From the NCBI GenBank assembly GCA_044225865.1, contig JBGAID010000021.1:40280-104279 (forward strand): a DNA stretch of 64,000 nucleotides, given 5' to 3'. Positions 19,485 to 29,269 of this stretch are shown here, piece by piece; position 1 is the first letter of the stretch; every line of letters starts with the position of its first letter. Position numbers and translations under genes: made by a program. Below the pieces are notes generated by a model that was not told the DNA's origin, did no database searches, and worked only from the letters and a program-made list of their open reading frames with translations. Source of the DNA: Polyangiaceae bacterium. GTDB taxonomy: Bacteria > Myxococcota_A > Polyangia > Polyangiales > Polyangiaceae.

Positions 19485-20480
19485 ATGCTTCGATGGATCG
19501 CGCTCACGACGACCAGCCTCGCTCTCGTCTCCAGCGCCTGCGGCGGCGAAAGCCAGCCCGCGACGGAGGGCGGGGGAGGCGCGGAGAGCGCCGCCGGCGG
19601 CGAAGGGGGCGAGGGAGGCGCGCCGCCCGAGGCGGGAGGAGGCGGGGCCGGCTTCGAGGGATCCGGCGGCGGAGCGATGGACGGCTGCAAGAAGGTCGAC
19701 TTCCTCTTCGTGGTCGACAACTCCGTCTCGATGAATGACGAGCAGGACGCGCTCGTCGTCAGCTTCCCGTCCTTCATGGAGACCATCGAGAGCACCCTAT
19801 CGGCGGCGGACTATCACGTCCTCGTCGCCGACACCGACGCGTGGGGGCGCTGCAACACCGCGAACGGCTGGGTGGGAGAGACGCCGGACCACCAGACGTG
19901 CAACGACTATGTCGAGACCGCGCAGTTCGAGGAGTGCGACCGGGTTCGAGGAGCGGGGGTCATCCATCCTGCCGGTGAATACGCGAGCAACCAGATTTGC
20001 GACGTCTATGGCGGCAATCGATACATCGTCGATGGCGACCCGAACGCGGCCGAGACGTTCTCATGCATGGCGAAGGTGGGCACGGCCGGCAGCGCCTCCG
20101 AGCGCCCCATGGAAGCCATCGTCGGAGCCGTCTCGCCCGAGCTCAACGCGGCCGGTGGCTGCAACGAGGGGTTCATTCGATCCGACGCGATCCTCGTCGT
20201 CACGTTCATCAGCGACGACCCGAACTACGAAGACACAGGGACCCCGCAATCCTGGTACGACGCCGTCGTCTCCGCCAAGGGCGGCAAGGCGGACGCGGTC
20301 GTCGTGCTCGGGCTCACGCCCTACGACGGCGGCACCGCCGGGCAGCACTGGCACGACTTCATCGGGCGGTGGGGAGACCGCGGGCTCGAGGCCTCCGTCG
20401 AGCTCCCCGACTACTCTCCGTTCTTCGCGGAGGCGGTGGACCTGATCGATCAGACTTGCGACGACTTCGTCCCCCAGTGA
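19485..20480 (+). CDS. secreted lipoprotein with vWA-like domain
   Basis: MLRWIALTTTSLALVSSAC lipobox. Gly/Glu-rich linker. DFLFVVDNSVSM MIDAS-type motif. Confidence 0.65.
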   Translation: MLRWIALTTTSLALVSSACGGESQPATEGGGGAESAAGGEGGEGGAPPEAGGGGAGFEGSGGGAMDGCKKVDFLFVVDNSVSMNDEQDALVVSFPSFMETIESTLSAADYHVLVADTDAWGRCNTANGWVGETPDHQTCNDYVETAQFEECDRVRGAGVIHPAGEYASNQICDVYGGNRYIVDGDPNAAETFSCMAKVGTAGSASERPMEAIVGAVSPELNAAGGCNEGFIRSDAILVVTFISDDPNYEDTGTPQSWYDAVVSAKGGKADAVVVLGLTPYDGGTAGQHWHDFIGRWGDRGLEASVELPDYSPFFAEAVDLIDQTCDDFVPQ

Positions 20481-20483
20481 CGG

Positions 20484-21914
20484 TCAGTCGGCCGGCTCGA
20501 TGACGAGCTCGCTCCCGCCGCAGACGACATCGGCGCGGCCTGCCGAGTTGGACACCTCCGCCACGACCCCGTCGCAGCGCGCCGTGACTCCGCCCGGGTA
20601 CAGCCGGTGGGGAATGGCGATCTCGTGGGGCACGTCGGCGGCCGCGCCCGACAAAGCGACCGTGAGCCTCCGCGGCCCGGGCTCGAACGAGAAGGACTCG
20701 ATGGTCCCCGCCACCGCGGATGGATAGGGGCGCGCGAGGGCGTCCGCGACCTCCTCGCGCAGCGGACCTCGCGCTTGTCCCGAGGGGGGAGGGTCGTAGA
20801 GCCCCCACGCGCCTTGCGAGGTCTCTTCGTAGAGCCACCACGCGCTGGAGATCGCTCGCGCGTCGAACACGTCCAGGCAAGCGCGCACGTATCTCAGCCC
20901 GTGCTCGTCGGGGCCGTTGCCGAACTCTCCCACGTAGAGCGCCGCTCCGTACGCGTCCGCCTCTCTCCTCGCCGCGTCCACGCTGGCCTCGACCGCCGTG
21001 ACGTCCTCGCTCGCCCACCCATCCTCGAACACGTCGACATAGACGTGCGGCGAATACACCGCGTCCTCGAAGCCGATGGGGGAGAGCACGGTCGACGAGT
21101 CGGTCAGGTTGCGCAGACTGTCGGGCTCGAAGAAGATGGTCAATGCGGGCGCTGCGGCGCGCACCGCGTCCCCCACCCGCCCATCGAAGTCGTCGAGGCG
21201 ATTGGCGAAGATCACCACCACCGGCTCGTTCATGAGCTCGAGCCCGAGGACGCCGGGCTGCCCCGCGATCCGTCCCGCGAGCCAGCCCGCCATGTCGGCG
21301 TAGGCCTGCTGGACGCCCTCCGCGTCGTTGAAGAACGAGTCGAAGGCGCCAATCACTTGCGCGCTCGTTCGCCGCTCGTCGAGGTCGGTGAGAGGGCCGG
21401 AGAGGAGCTCGGTCGGCGGCGGCACGATGGCCCAGAGCGGCGCTCCGTCCTCCCCGATGTGCTTGCTGAAGGCGTCTTGATGCAGATCCACCAAGGTCGC
21501 CACGCCGTGGGCGTCGCAGGCGGCGGCGAGGGCGAGCACCGCGTCCACGTAGTCGTCCCGATACTCCCCGCGGACCGGCTCGATCGCGCTCCAACTGACG
21601 GGCAGGCGGAGATGATTCATCCCGAGCTCCTCGGCGATGAACGCGCAGTCGGCCTCCGTGAAGGCGGGGATGGACTCCACCGGAGCGCGCCCGTCGTCGA
21701 ACGTCACGTCGAAGATGCCTGCGACCCGCGCGTTCACTCCGCGCAGCACCCGCTGCCGGCCCTGCGAATCGCGCAGCACCCCTTCGCTCGCGGTGAGCGC
21801 GTCGGTCGGGGTCACGGTGGACGCGGGCGGCGACGAATCACCGCAAGCGGCGCACGCCGCGATCAGCAAGAGCGAGGCGCCTTCGTGGCGGGGTAGGGCC
21901 GCGACCTTCTCCAT
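20484..21914 (-). CDS. glycoside hydrolase family 5 (cellulase-like) lipoprotein
   Basis: LLLIAACAAC lipobox. GH5 catalytic-region motifs (LVDLHQD..., ...LELMNEP...). Confidence 0.75.
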   Translation of the reverse strand: MEKVAALPRHEGASLLLIAACAACGDSSPPASTVTPTDALTASEGVLRDSQGRQRVLRGVNARVAGIFDVTFDDGRAPVESIPAFTEADCAFIAEELGMNHLRLPVSWSAIEPVRGEYRDDYVDAVLALAAACDAHGVATLVDLHQDAFSKHIGEDGAPLWAIVPPPTELLSGPLTDLDERRTSAQVIGAFDSFFNDAEGVQQAYADMAGWLAGRIAGQPGVLGLELMNEPVVVIFANRLDDFDGRVGDAVRAAAPALTIFFEPDSLRNLTDSSTVLSPIGFEDAVYSPHVYVDVFEDGWASEDVTAVEASVDAARREADAYGAALYVGEFGNGPDEHGLRYVRACLDVFDARAISSAWWLYEETSQGAWGLYDPPPSGQARGPLREEVADALARPYPSAVAGTIESFSFEPGPRRLTVALSGAAADVPHEIAIPHRLYPGGVTARCDGVVAEVSNSAGRADVVCGGSELVIEPAD

Positions 21915-21966
21915 TCGCAGAGACTAACCGACCCGGTCCCTCGGAGCGGACAGCCCGCGGCGTTCG

Positions 21967-23259
21967 GTGTACATCGCGCCCATGTCCGATTCCACCTCGT
22001 CTCCCGCGCATCGGCGCCACCCTCAGACCAGCTCGGTGTCGGAGGGCTTCGATCCGCGCCTCAGCGTGATGGCGGTGCGACCACCGATCTATCCGGTCTC
22101 GACGTACTGCTTTCCTTCCGCGGAGGACGCGGCGCACTACTTCGAGGTCGCGCTCGGGAAGGTCGAGCAGCGGCGCGGAGAGAGCATCGGGCTCATCTAC
22201 GCGCGCCTCAATCATCCGAACGCGGAGATGTTCGAGGACGGGCTGCGCATGGTCGAGAAGGGAGCGCGGGCCGCGCTCGCGTTCACGAGCGGGATGGCCG
22301 CGATCACGACCACGGTGCTCTCGATCGTCCGCCCCGGTCAGAAGATCCTCTATCAGCGACCGGTCTACGGCGGCACCGATCACTTCTTCCGGAGCATGCT
22401 CCCGGAGTGGAACGTGCGCGCCATCCCCGTCCCGGACGGGTGCTGGGAGCAGGCCGTCGCCGAGCACGGACCCGAGACCGCGCTCGCGTACGTCGAGACT
22501 CCCGCGAACCCCACGCTGCGCATGATCGACATTCGCGCCGTTCGCGCCGTGCTCGATCGCGCCCCCGGCGGGCGACGGATCCCCCTCGCGGTCGACAACA
22601 CCTTCCTCGGTCCCGTGTTCCAATCGCCCCTCGTCCACGGCGCCGATCTCGCCCTCTATTCGGCGACCAAGTTCCTCGGCGGCCACAGCGACCTCGTGGC
22701 CGGGGCGGTCGTCACCGCCGACGAGCGGGCCGCCGATCCGATCCGCGCCTCGCGCGCGTTCCTTGGCACCATCTGCGAGCCGTTCACCGCGTGGATGCTG
22801 CAGCGGAGCCTCGCGACCCTGTGGCTGCGGATGATCAAACAATCCAAGAACGCGAGCCGGCTCGTCAATGTCGTGAAGGCTCACCCCGCCGTCGAGCGCG
22901 TCCACTACCCGACGCTGCTCGTCGGAGATCAGGCCCGCATCTTCGAGAGCCAGTGCAACGCCCCCGGGTCCATGATCGCGCTCGAGCTCCGCGGCGGCCG
23001 CCCCGCTGCCTTCCGCTTCCTCAACAGCCTGCGCATCGTCCGCTGCGCGGTGTCCCTCGGCGGCGTCGAGTCGCTCGCCTGTCATCCCCGCTCCACGACC
23101 GCCTCCGAGATGAGCGAAGAGGATCTCTCCGCGAGCGGGGTCACCGAGGGCCTCGTCCGCCTCAGCATCGGCGTCGAGTATTGGCGAGACCTCGAACAGG
23201 ACATTCGCGGAGCCCTCGACGCGGCGCTGGAGTCGCTCGATCGAGGCTCGGGGATTTGA
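21967..23259 (+). CDS. PLP-dependent Cys/Met metabolism enzyme (cystathionine gamma-synthase/methionine gamma-lyase family)
   Basis: Family-typical blocks (RLNHPN..., ...YSATKFLGGHSDLVAGAVV... with PLP lysine). Start may be the ATG at 21982. Confidence 0.8.
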   Translation: MYIAPMSDSTSSPAHRRHPQTSSVSEGFDPRLSVMAVRPPIYPVSTYCFPSAEDAAHYFEVALGKVEQRRGESIGLIYARLNHPNAEMFEDGLRMVEKGARAALAFTSGMAAITTTVLSIVRPGQKILYQRPVYGGTDHFFRSMLPEWNVRAIPVPDGCWEQAVAEHGPETALAYVETPANPTLRMIDIRAVRAVLDRAPGGRRIPLAVDNTFLGPVFQSPLVHGADLALYSATKFLGGHSDLVAGAVVTADERAADPIRASRAFLGTICEPFTAWMLQRSLATLWLRMIKQSKNASRLVNVVKAHPAVERVHYPTLLVGDQARIFESQCNAPGSMIALELRGGRPAAFRFLNSLRIVRCAVSLGGVESLACHPRSTTASEMSEEDLSASGVTEGLVRLSIGVEYWRDLEQDIRGALDAALESLDRGSGI

Positions 23260-23399
23260 GGTCTGAATTGGATACCGTCTTCGATGTTCGCCCGGCGAGC
23301 TTGCCGCCAATTGTGCACCGGCTGCGCGACAAACCGACGGGGCGCCAAGGTGCCGGCGCGTCACTTAGCGCATGCTGAATGGTGTGCTAGACGACGCCA

Positions 23400-24146
23400 A
23401 TGCGAACAACGGTAGGAGCTTCCCTCTCGAGCCGTTCCCGGGCGGAAGCCATCGCTGCGATGAAGAAGGCGTACCGGCGAACGGTCGTGCTGCCCGCGCT
23501 CTATTGGCGGGCCAAGGGCGTCGTCGACCAGGCGATGTTCCGCTATCGCAGCGCCGTGTTCGATCGAGCCATGGGGGTGGAGACGACGCGCTCGGTCGAC
23601 CGGAGCCGCCTCGACGTCGCGCCGGCGAAGCGCGAGCAGGCTTGGTCCTACCACGCCTGCGACGTGAGCCGGTTCTATCGCATCATGAGCGCGATCGATC
23701 TCGCCCCCGAGCAGACGACGTTCGTCGATATCGGATCGGGCAAGGGGCGGGCCCTCTTCATGGCCGATCGACTAAAGCTCGCGCGCCTCGTCGGGGTCGA
23801 GCTCTCGCCAGCCCTCCACGCGGCCGCGCAGCGGAACGTCCAGTCGTACCGACAAGTGACCGGCTCGTCGACGCCCATCGATCTCGAGAACGTCGACGCG
23901 ACCGAGTACGAGCTGCCGCCCGGCCGCGTCGTCGTCTTCATGTTCAATCCATTCCAGCGGGAGATCATGGAACGCTTCGCGGCGAAGCTCTCCCGAGCGG
24001 GCATCGAGCGCGGCCCCGACCTCACCGTGGTGTATGTGCACCCGGTCGTCCCCGGCCCGCTCGAGGCGGCGCTCGGGCTGGTGAAGGTGCACGAAGACCG
24101 CGGCTCCCTGGACTTCATGGTCTTCGCGGGCGCCCCCCAGGCTTGA
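23400..24146 (+). CDS. class I SAM-dependent methyltransferase
   Basis: Motif I FVDIGSGKGRAL and post-I acidic residue. Start could be the downstream ATG (MKKAYRR, ~23460). Confidence 0.7.
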   Translation: MRTTVGASLSSRSRAEAIAAMKKAYRRTVVLPALYWRAKGVVDQAMFRYRSAVFDRAMGVETTRSVDRSRLDVAPAKREQAWSYHACDVSRFYRIMSAIDLAPEQTTFVDIGSGKGRALFMADRLKLARLVGVELSPALHAAAQRNVQSYRQVTGSSTPIDLENVDATEYELPPGRVVVFMFNPFQREIMERFAAKLSRAGIERGPDLTVVYVHPVVPGPLEAALGLVKVHEDRGSLDFMVFAGAPQA

Positions 24147-24264
24147 TCCGACCCCCGGCGCGCTGCGCGCTCGCCGACCCCTGCCAGGCGACTGCGCTCT
24201 GCGAGCTCCGTCGCGGCAGGGGTTGATTTGAGACGCGCGGCGAATCGTTCTCTATGATGGGGCG

Positions 24265-25824
24265 ATGCGCCGAGGCGCCCCCGGCAACGAGAGAGTCTCG
24301 ATCGGTCGTTACGAGATCGTCGGGCCGCTCGCGTTCGGCGGGATGGCCGAGGTCGTGCTGGGCCGCGTGCGCGGGCCGAGCGGCTTCGAGCGCCCCGTCG
24401 TCATCAAGCGGATCCTGCCGCACCTCGCCCGCGAGGCGGAGTTCCGCCAGATGTTCCTCGACGAGGCGCGGATCGCCGCCCGCATTCGCCACCCGAACGT
24501 CGTGTCCGTCGAGGAGCTCGGCGAGGCCGCGGATGACCTCTACCTCGTCATGGAGTACCTCGAGGGGGAGAGCCTCTCGACCCTCGGCAAGCTGCTCGCG
24601 AAGCGGAGCGAGGCCCTCTCTCCGCGGTTGGCTGCTCACATCGTCGCGGAGGCGTGCGCAGGTCTCCACGCCGCCCACGAGCTGAAGGGACCGGACGGCG
24701 CGCCGCTCTCCGTGGTGCATCGGGACGTCTCTCCGCAGAACGTCTTCGTCCTCTACGAAGGGCACGTGAAGGTCATCGACTTCGGCATCGCCAAGGCGAA
24801 GACCAGCGAGTCGAAGACCCGCACCGGACAGGTGAAGGGGAAGTTCGCGTACATGGCGCCGGAGCAGCTGCTCGCCCAGCCCTCGATCGATCGGCGCGCG
24901 GACGTCTTCGCCCTCGGCATCCTGCTGTTCGAGCTCAGCACCGGCACGAGGCTCTTCGAGCGCGCGAACGATTTGATGGTCCTGCGCGCGGTCTGCGAGG
25001 ATCCGCTGCCGCTGCCCACCAGCCAGGTCCCCGGCTACCCGAAATCGCTGGAGGAGATCTACCTTCGCGCCCTCAGCCGCAACCCGGAAGGTCGCTATGC
25101 GACGGCGGCGGCGATGCGGCGCGACTTGCTCGCGGCGCTGAAGGATATCCCCTCCACCGAGCCGGCCGAAGAAGAGCTCTCCGCCCTCATGATGCAGCTG
25201 TTCGAGGACCGGATCGCGAAGAAGCGCGCGATGCTCGCGAGCCTCGAGCGGGGAGAGCAAGTCACGGAGCTGCCGCCCGGAGAGGACTCGTTTCGCTCGA
25301 GCAAAGAAGCAGAGACCGAGGCGGCCGCTCCGGAGCCGCCCGCCTCGGTGGTGGCGGCGGAGGCCCCCTCCGCGACGAGGACGAATGTCGTCGCGGGGGG
25401 CGAAGAGGCAAGAGAGCGACCTGCTCGATCGCGCTGGCCGTTGATGGTCGTCGGGCTGGCGGTGCTCGTCGTCGCGGCGGTCGCGGTCCCGATGGCGCTC
25501 CGAGGACCTCGCCAGGCGGCCGACGTCGAGGCCGGGCGAGCGAGCGCGCCCCCACCGGAGGCGGCCGCGACGACCGCGATCCCCGCGATCACCGTCTCGC
25601 CTTCCATCCCTACCACCACCCCATCGGGCAGCCCCACAGAGGCAGTCTCGAGCGCCAACGCCTCCCGCCCGACCGCCTCCGCGGACGCCTCCGCGGGGGT
25701 CGCGGCCGCCGATGCCCAAGCGCGCTCCAAGCCCAGAGTGGGAGCCCCTCCGCCTCCTCCGAAGACGGCCGCGCCCTCTGCCGAGCCCGCAAAATCCAGC
25801 ACGGGCTTCCGACGATTCGACTGA
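24265..25824 (+). CDS. Ser/Thr protein kinase with C-terminal TM helix and Pro/Ala-rich extracellular tail
   Basis: Hanks kinase subdomains (GxGxxG-like GPLAFGGMAEV, VIK, HRDVSPQN, DFG, APE). TM segment WPLMVVGLAVLVVAAVAV. Confidence 0.85.
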   Translation: MRRGAPGNERVSIGRYEIVGPLAFGGMAEVVLGRVRGPSGFERPVVIKRILPHLAREAEFRQMFLDEARIAARIRHPNVVSVEELGEAADDLYLVMEYLEGESLSTLGKLLAKRSEALSPRLAAHIVAEACAGLHAAHELKGPDGAPLSVVHRDVSPQNVFVLYEGHVKVIDFGIAKAKTSESKTRTGQVKGKFAYMAPEQLLAQPSIDRRADVFALGILLFELSTGTRLFERANDLMVLRAVCEDPLPLPTSQVPGYPKSLEEIYLRALSRNPEGRYATAAAMRRDLLAALKDIPSTEPAEEELSALMMQLFEDRIAKKRAMLASLERGEQVTELPPGEDSFRSSKEAETEAAAPEPPASVVAAEAPSATRTNVVAGGEEARERPARSRWPLMVVGLAVLVVAAVAVPMALRGPRQAADVEAGRASAPPPEAAATTAIPAITVSPSIPTTTPSGSPTEAVSSANASRPTASADASAGVAAADAQARSKPRVGAPPPPPKTAAPSAEPAKSSTGFRRFD

Positions 25825-26384
25825 AGGTCGGCTAAATCACCGATCGTGATCCTGACACATACGACGCTTCAGAGCGGATGATGGGTGCCCCGTCGCCGCA
25901 GGCGATGGGGGGCGCCCGCGTTTGGCGGGGTTGGTTTCTAGTAACGCGAACCCGACTTCTCGGCCCGGCGCGGCCAGCGTTGAACACGGAGGCGGAGGGG
26001 GGCCCCACGCGGAGCGTGGGGGGAGGGCTGCATCAGCCCTCCGGACCAGAACTGCCGGCCGGAAGTCCGCTTCCGGATCCGGCATCCACGGCCAGACTTC
26101 GCGCTTCGTGCCTGGAGCTGCTCCGCCCTTCACTTGCCGCGCCGTGCGCGGGGGCGGAGCAGATCCAGGCACGAACCGGATTGGACGCAGTCCACGCAGT
26201 GGACGGAGTCCAAGGAGGTCTACGCAGTGAACTTCGGGCCGGCAGTACTGGGGGCGCTCTGCGGGGCCTCACGTAAGCGGACGTATCATCGAGGCACGGC
26301 GAGAGAACCCAGGCCCAGACCCGGTAATCGAATCGCGCGAGGATCTTCGATCGAGAATTGCGCTCGCTCATTTAGCATCGGGGA

Positions 26385-27701
26385 ATGCTCGACCGGCGCT
26401 TGCTCATGGCAGCCCTGCTTGGATGGGTGCCGTTCGCGTGTGTCTTGCCCGACGTGAGCCTCGACGGACGACCTTGCCCGTGCACCGACGGTTACGTCTG
26501 CGACGAGGCGACCCAGACCTGCGTGATCTCTCCGAGCAGCGGCGCCGGCGGCCAAGGAGGAGCCCCCGTCTCCCAAGGGGGCAATGGAGGTGACCCGTCG
26601 ACCGGAGGCAACCCGTCGACGGGCGGCATGGGCGGCGCGGGCGACGGCGGTGGTCCGGCGACATTGGCGACCCCGCTCGAGCTCAGCGGCGACGCCTCGA
26701 CGGAGTTCTCGTTCAAGGTGGCGGGCAAGTTCCTGCTCGTCGCCCCGAAGTCGAGCGACTACCAACTCTCGCGATGGTTCGATCTCGGGACGAGCGACTC
26801 GCTGAACCTGAGCGACAACAACCTCCTCCTCGAAAACCTCTACGAGGGGTGGGCGCTCGCCGACTCGATTCAATGGTACACCTACAAGGACGTGACTTCG
26901 TCGGCCGGCGCGGTGACGGACCAGACCCCGGTGCGCGCGGTCCTCGTCAGCTCCGTGCGGCTCCCGACTGCGGGCGGTGTCGACGTCGTCACCGAGCAGA
27001 CGATCTACGCGAGCGGGCGAGTCTCCGTCACCACCCTGGTCGCCAACAACCAAGACGTCGACGTCCAATTGACCGGCTCGGAGTACCACCATCTGACGGT
27101 GTCGGAGTCGCTCGAGTGGGCAGGCGCCAACCTCGGAACCCACGGCGCAATCTTCAGCCGCACGATGGGCGCGCAGCCCTTCCCGAACGTTCTGATCGCG
27201 AACCTGGGCCCCGAAACCGGCCTCGGCGCGGACCACACCTACAATCGATATTGGGACGGGGGCCCCTTCGCCCTCGCCCCCACCGACAGCCACGTCGCCG
27301 TGGGGGAGCTCGTCGTTTACCCCTCCGGGATGTCGGCGGGCGAGGCCCAAGAGCACGTCACCGAGCTGCGCGATCCCGGATTGGAGATCTCGATGGGGGC
27401 GACGTTCTCTCGCGTCGAGCGCGGCGCGTATGTCGTGTCCGTGACGGGCACCCCGGTGCAGCTGGGCACGTCCGCGACCCACGCGCGGATGTCGCCCGCG
27501 TTCGTGCTCGAAGGCTGGACGTCACCCGCGTGGGAGATCCGAAGAGGCGGAGCGGTGCAGGCATCCAATGATGCGCCCATCGGGCCCGACGTCATCGCTC
27601 GGTACGACGAGGCGGCGCACGAATTGATGTTCGAATACATCGGGACGATCCCCGCCGGCGCCCCCGCCGAAGACACCATCTACGAAGTGGTGGTGCCATG
27701 A
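26385..27701 (+). CDS. secreted hypothetical protein with Gly-rich linker
   Basis: Signal peptide MLDRRLLMAALLGWVPFACVLP. GGQGG/GGNGG linker followed by a ~330-aa beta-rich domain. Stop overlaps next gene start (ATGA). Confidence 0.6.
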   Translation: MLDRRLLMAALLGWVPFACVLPDVSLDGRPCPCTDGYVCDEATQTCVISPSSGAGGQGGAPVSQGGNGGDPSTGGNPSTGGMGGAGDGGGPATLATPLELSGDASTEFSFKVAGKFLLVAPKSSDYQLSRWFDLGTSDSLNLSDNNLLLENLYEGWALADSIQWYTYKDVTSSAGAVTDQTPVRAVLVSSVRLPTAGGVDVVTEQTIYASGRVSVTTLVANNQDVDVQLTGSEYHHLTVSESLEWAGANLGTHGAIFSRTMGAQPFPNVLIANLGPETGLGADHTYNRYWDGGPFALAPTDSHVAVGELVVYPSGMSAGEAQEHVTELRDPGLEISMGATFSRVERGAYVVSVTGTPVQLGTSATHARMSPAFVLEGWTSPAWEIRRGGAVQASNDAPIGPDVIARYDEAAHELMFEYIGTIPAGAPAEDTIYEVVVP

Positions 27702-28468
27702 GCGCTCGCCGCGCCGCCGCCCTCGCGCTCGGAGCCGCCCTCCAGCTCGCCGTCGTCGGAGGAGCCCACGCCGCCCCTGCCGCCTCGGATCGGGCTCAGA
27801 TCCTCTTCGAGCAGAGCGAGACGGCCTATCGAGAGGGCCGCTTCGACGAGGCGATTAGCCTGCTCAAAGAGGCTTATCGCCTCACCCCCGATCCGGTCGT
27901 CTTCTACAATCTCGCCCGCGCCTACGAGGGCAAAGGCGATCTCGAGCAGGCCGCCTCCGCGTACGAGCGCTATCTGGCCGAAGGAAAGGACATCCCCGAC
28001 CGTGGCGCGCTCGAGAAGAAGATCGAGACCCTCAAGAAGCTCGCCGCCGAGCGAAAGGCCGCGGAGACCGCCAAGTCCAAGAGCGAAGAGCCGAAGCCCG
28101 TCGTGCCGGCCAAAGAGACAAAGCCCGCGAACAAGAGCAGCCCGAGCCCCGTCCCCTGGGTCATCGCCGGGTTCGGCGGGGCGGGGACCATCGCCGGCGC
28201 CATCGTGGCCGGCCTCGGCTTCGCGAAGAACGAAGATGCCGACGCCGCGAGCTCGCAACGAGAGACCGCCGACCTGCGCGCCTCCGCGGAGGACATGGCC
28301 CTCGCTGGGAACATCACGATGGGGGTCGGCGGAGCGATCCTCCTCGCGGGCACGATCTGGGGCATCGTCGACGTCGTGAAAAGCGGAAAGAGCACCCCCG
28401 CCGAGCGCGCTACCGTGCGCGTACGCGTGGGTGCGGGGTCGGTCTCGTTTTCCATCGGCTTCGATTGA
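27698..28468 (+). CDS. TPR-repeat protein with signal peptide and C-terminal membrane anchor
   Basis: Signal peptide MSARRAAALALGAALQLAVVGGAHA. TPR-like repeats (AYREGRFDEAISLLKEAYRL..., YNLARAYEGKGDLEQAASAYERYL). C-terminal hydrophobic helices. Confidence 0.6.
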   Translation: MSARRAAALALGAALQLAVVGGAHAAPAASDRAQILFEQSETAYREGRFDEAISLLKEAYRLTPDPVVFYNLARAYEGKGDLEQAASAYERYLAEGKDIPDRGALEKKIETLKKLAAERKAAETAKSKSEEPKPVVPAKETKPANKSSPSPVPWVIAGFGGAGTIAGAIVAGLGFAKNEDADAASSQRETADLRASAEDMALAGNITMGVGGAILLAGTIWGIVDVVKSGKSTPAERATVRVRVGAGSVSFSIGFD

Positions 28469-28666
28469 GCAACACCGCCCGCTGACCAGGCCAAAGCGCG
28501 TCTCTCTGCCCCCGAGACCCAATCGATCGAGGGCTCCTGCCCCTCCGTGCCGGTGACGAAGGGCACCTCGCCGAGCCCTCGGCCTGGCATCCACCGCAAG
28601 CGGCCGCGCCATGGCGCCTCGCGGAGCAGAGGTCGCTCTGGTCCGTCCGTTGCTTCGAGGCCCTTC

Positions 28667-29263
28667 ATGCGACGCTTCGGATGGACGTCTCTCCTCGCGC
28701 TCACCCTCCTCTGCTGCAAAGAAAAACCTCTCAAGCCGCTCGAAGCTCGCCAGAAGGACGGGATGGAACGGATGGCCGAGCAGATGGACACCATGAAGGC
28801 CGACCCCGGCACCAAGGCGCGCATCGCCGCCGCGAGCCTGGCCGAAGGTGAGCAGGACCGCCTCCCGGCGAACCTGCTGCGTGGCCTCGACGACGCCTCC
28901 GGGCAAAACATCGATGCATCACAGAGATCGACCTTGCTCTTCACTCGGATCGACGACGACGTCTGGGAGAAGACCTGCCGAGACCCGAAAGTGCGGGACG
29001 AGACCAGCGGCCGAAGCATCCCCTTCGCGGAGAAGAGCCAGAAGATCTACGAGCGATGCGATTTCGCCCGCTTCCAGCTCGTCACCCGCGAGCAAGCCCT
29101 CGCCGCGAACCCAGGCGCGCTCGCCGTCGCGATGGTGATGTACGACATCCTCCAAAGGCACGATTCGCTCGTCGACGTGGAGAAGAAGCTCCTCGCCGTG
29201 CTCGTCGTCGACTCCGCCGGCTGGGGGACCGACCCGCGCCCAAACCCCGAGGAGCCGCAATGA
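28667..29263 (+). CDS. hypothetical lipoprotein
   Basis: Internal ATG gives MRRFGWTSLLALTLLCC lipobox. The upstream part of the track ORF is Arg/Ser-rich non-coding-like. Confidence 0.5.
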   Translation: MRRFGWTSLLALTLLCCKEKPLKPLEARQKDGMERMAEQMDTMKADPGTKARIAAASLAEGEQDRLPANLLRGLDDASGQNIDASQRSTLLFTRIDDDVWEKTCRDPKVRDETSGRSIPFAEKSQKIYERCDFARFQLVTREQALAANPGALAVAMVMYDILQRHDSLVDVEKKLLAVLVVDSAGWGTDPRPNPEEPQ

Positions 29264-29269
29264 GCAGCG

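Noticed and set aside
5985-25882. 13-mer AGCGGATGATGGG present after two different gene ends (~5985 and ~25870)
   Set aside because: In 64 kb of biased GC-rich sequence, dozens of 13-mer coincidences are expected. No extended similarity around them.
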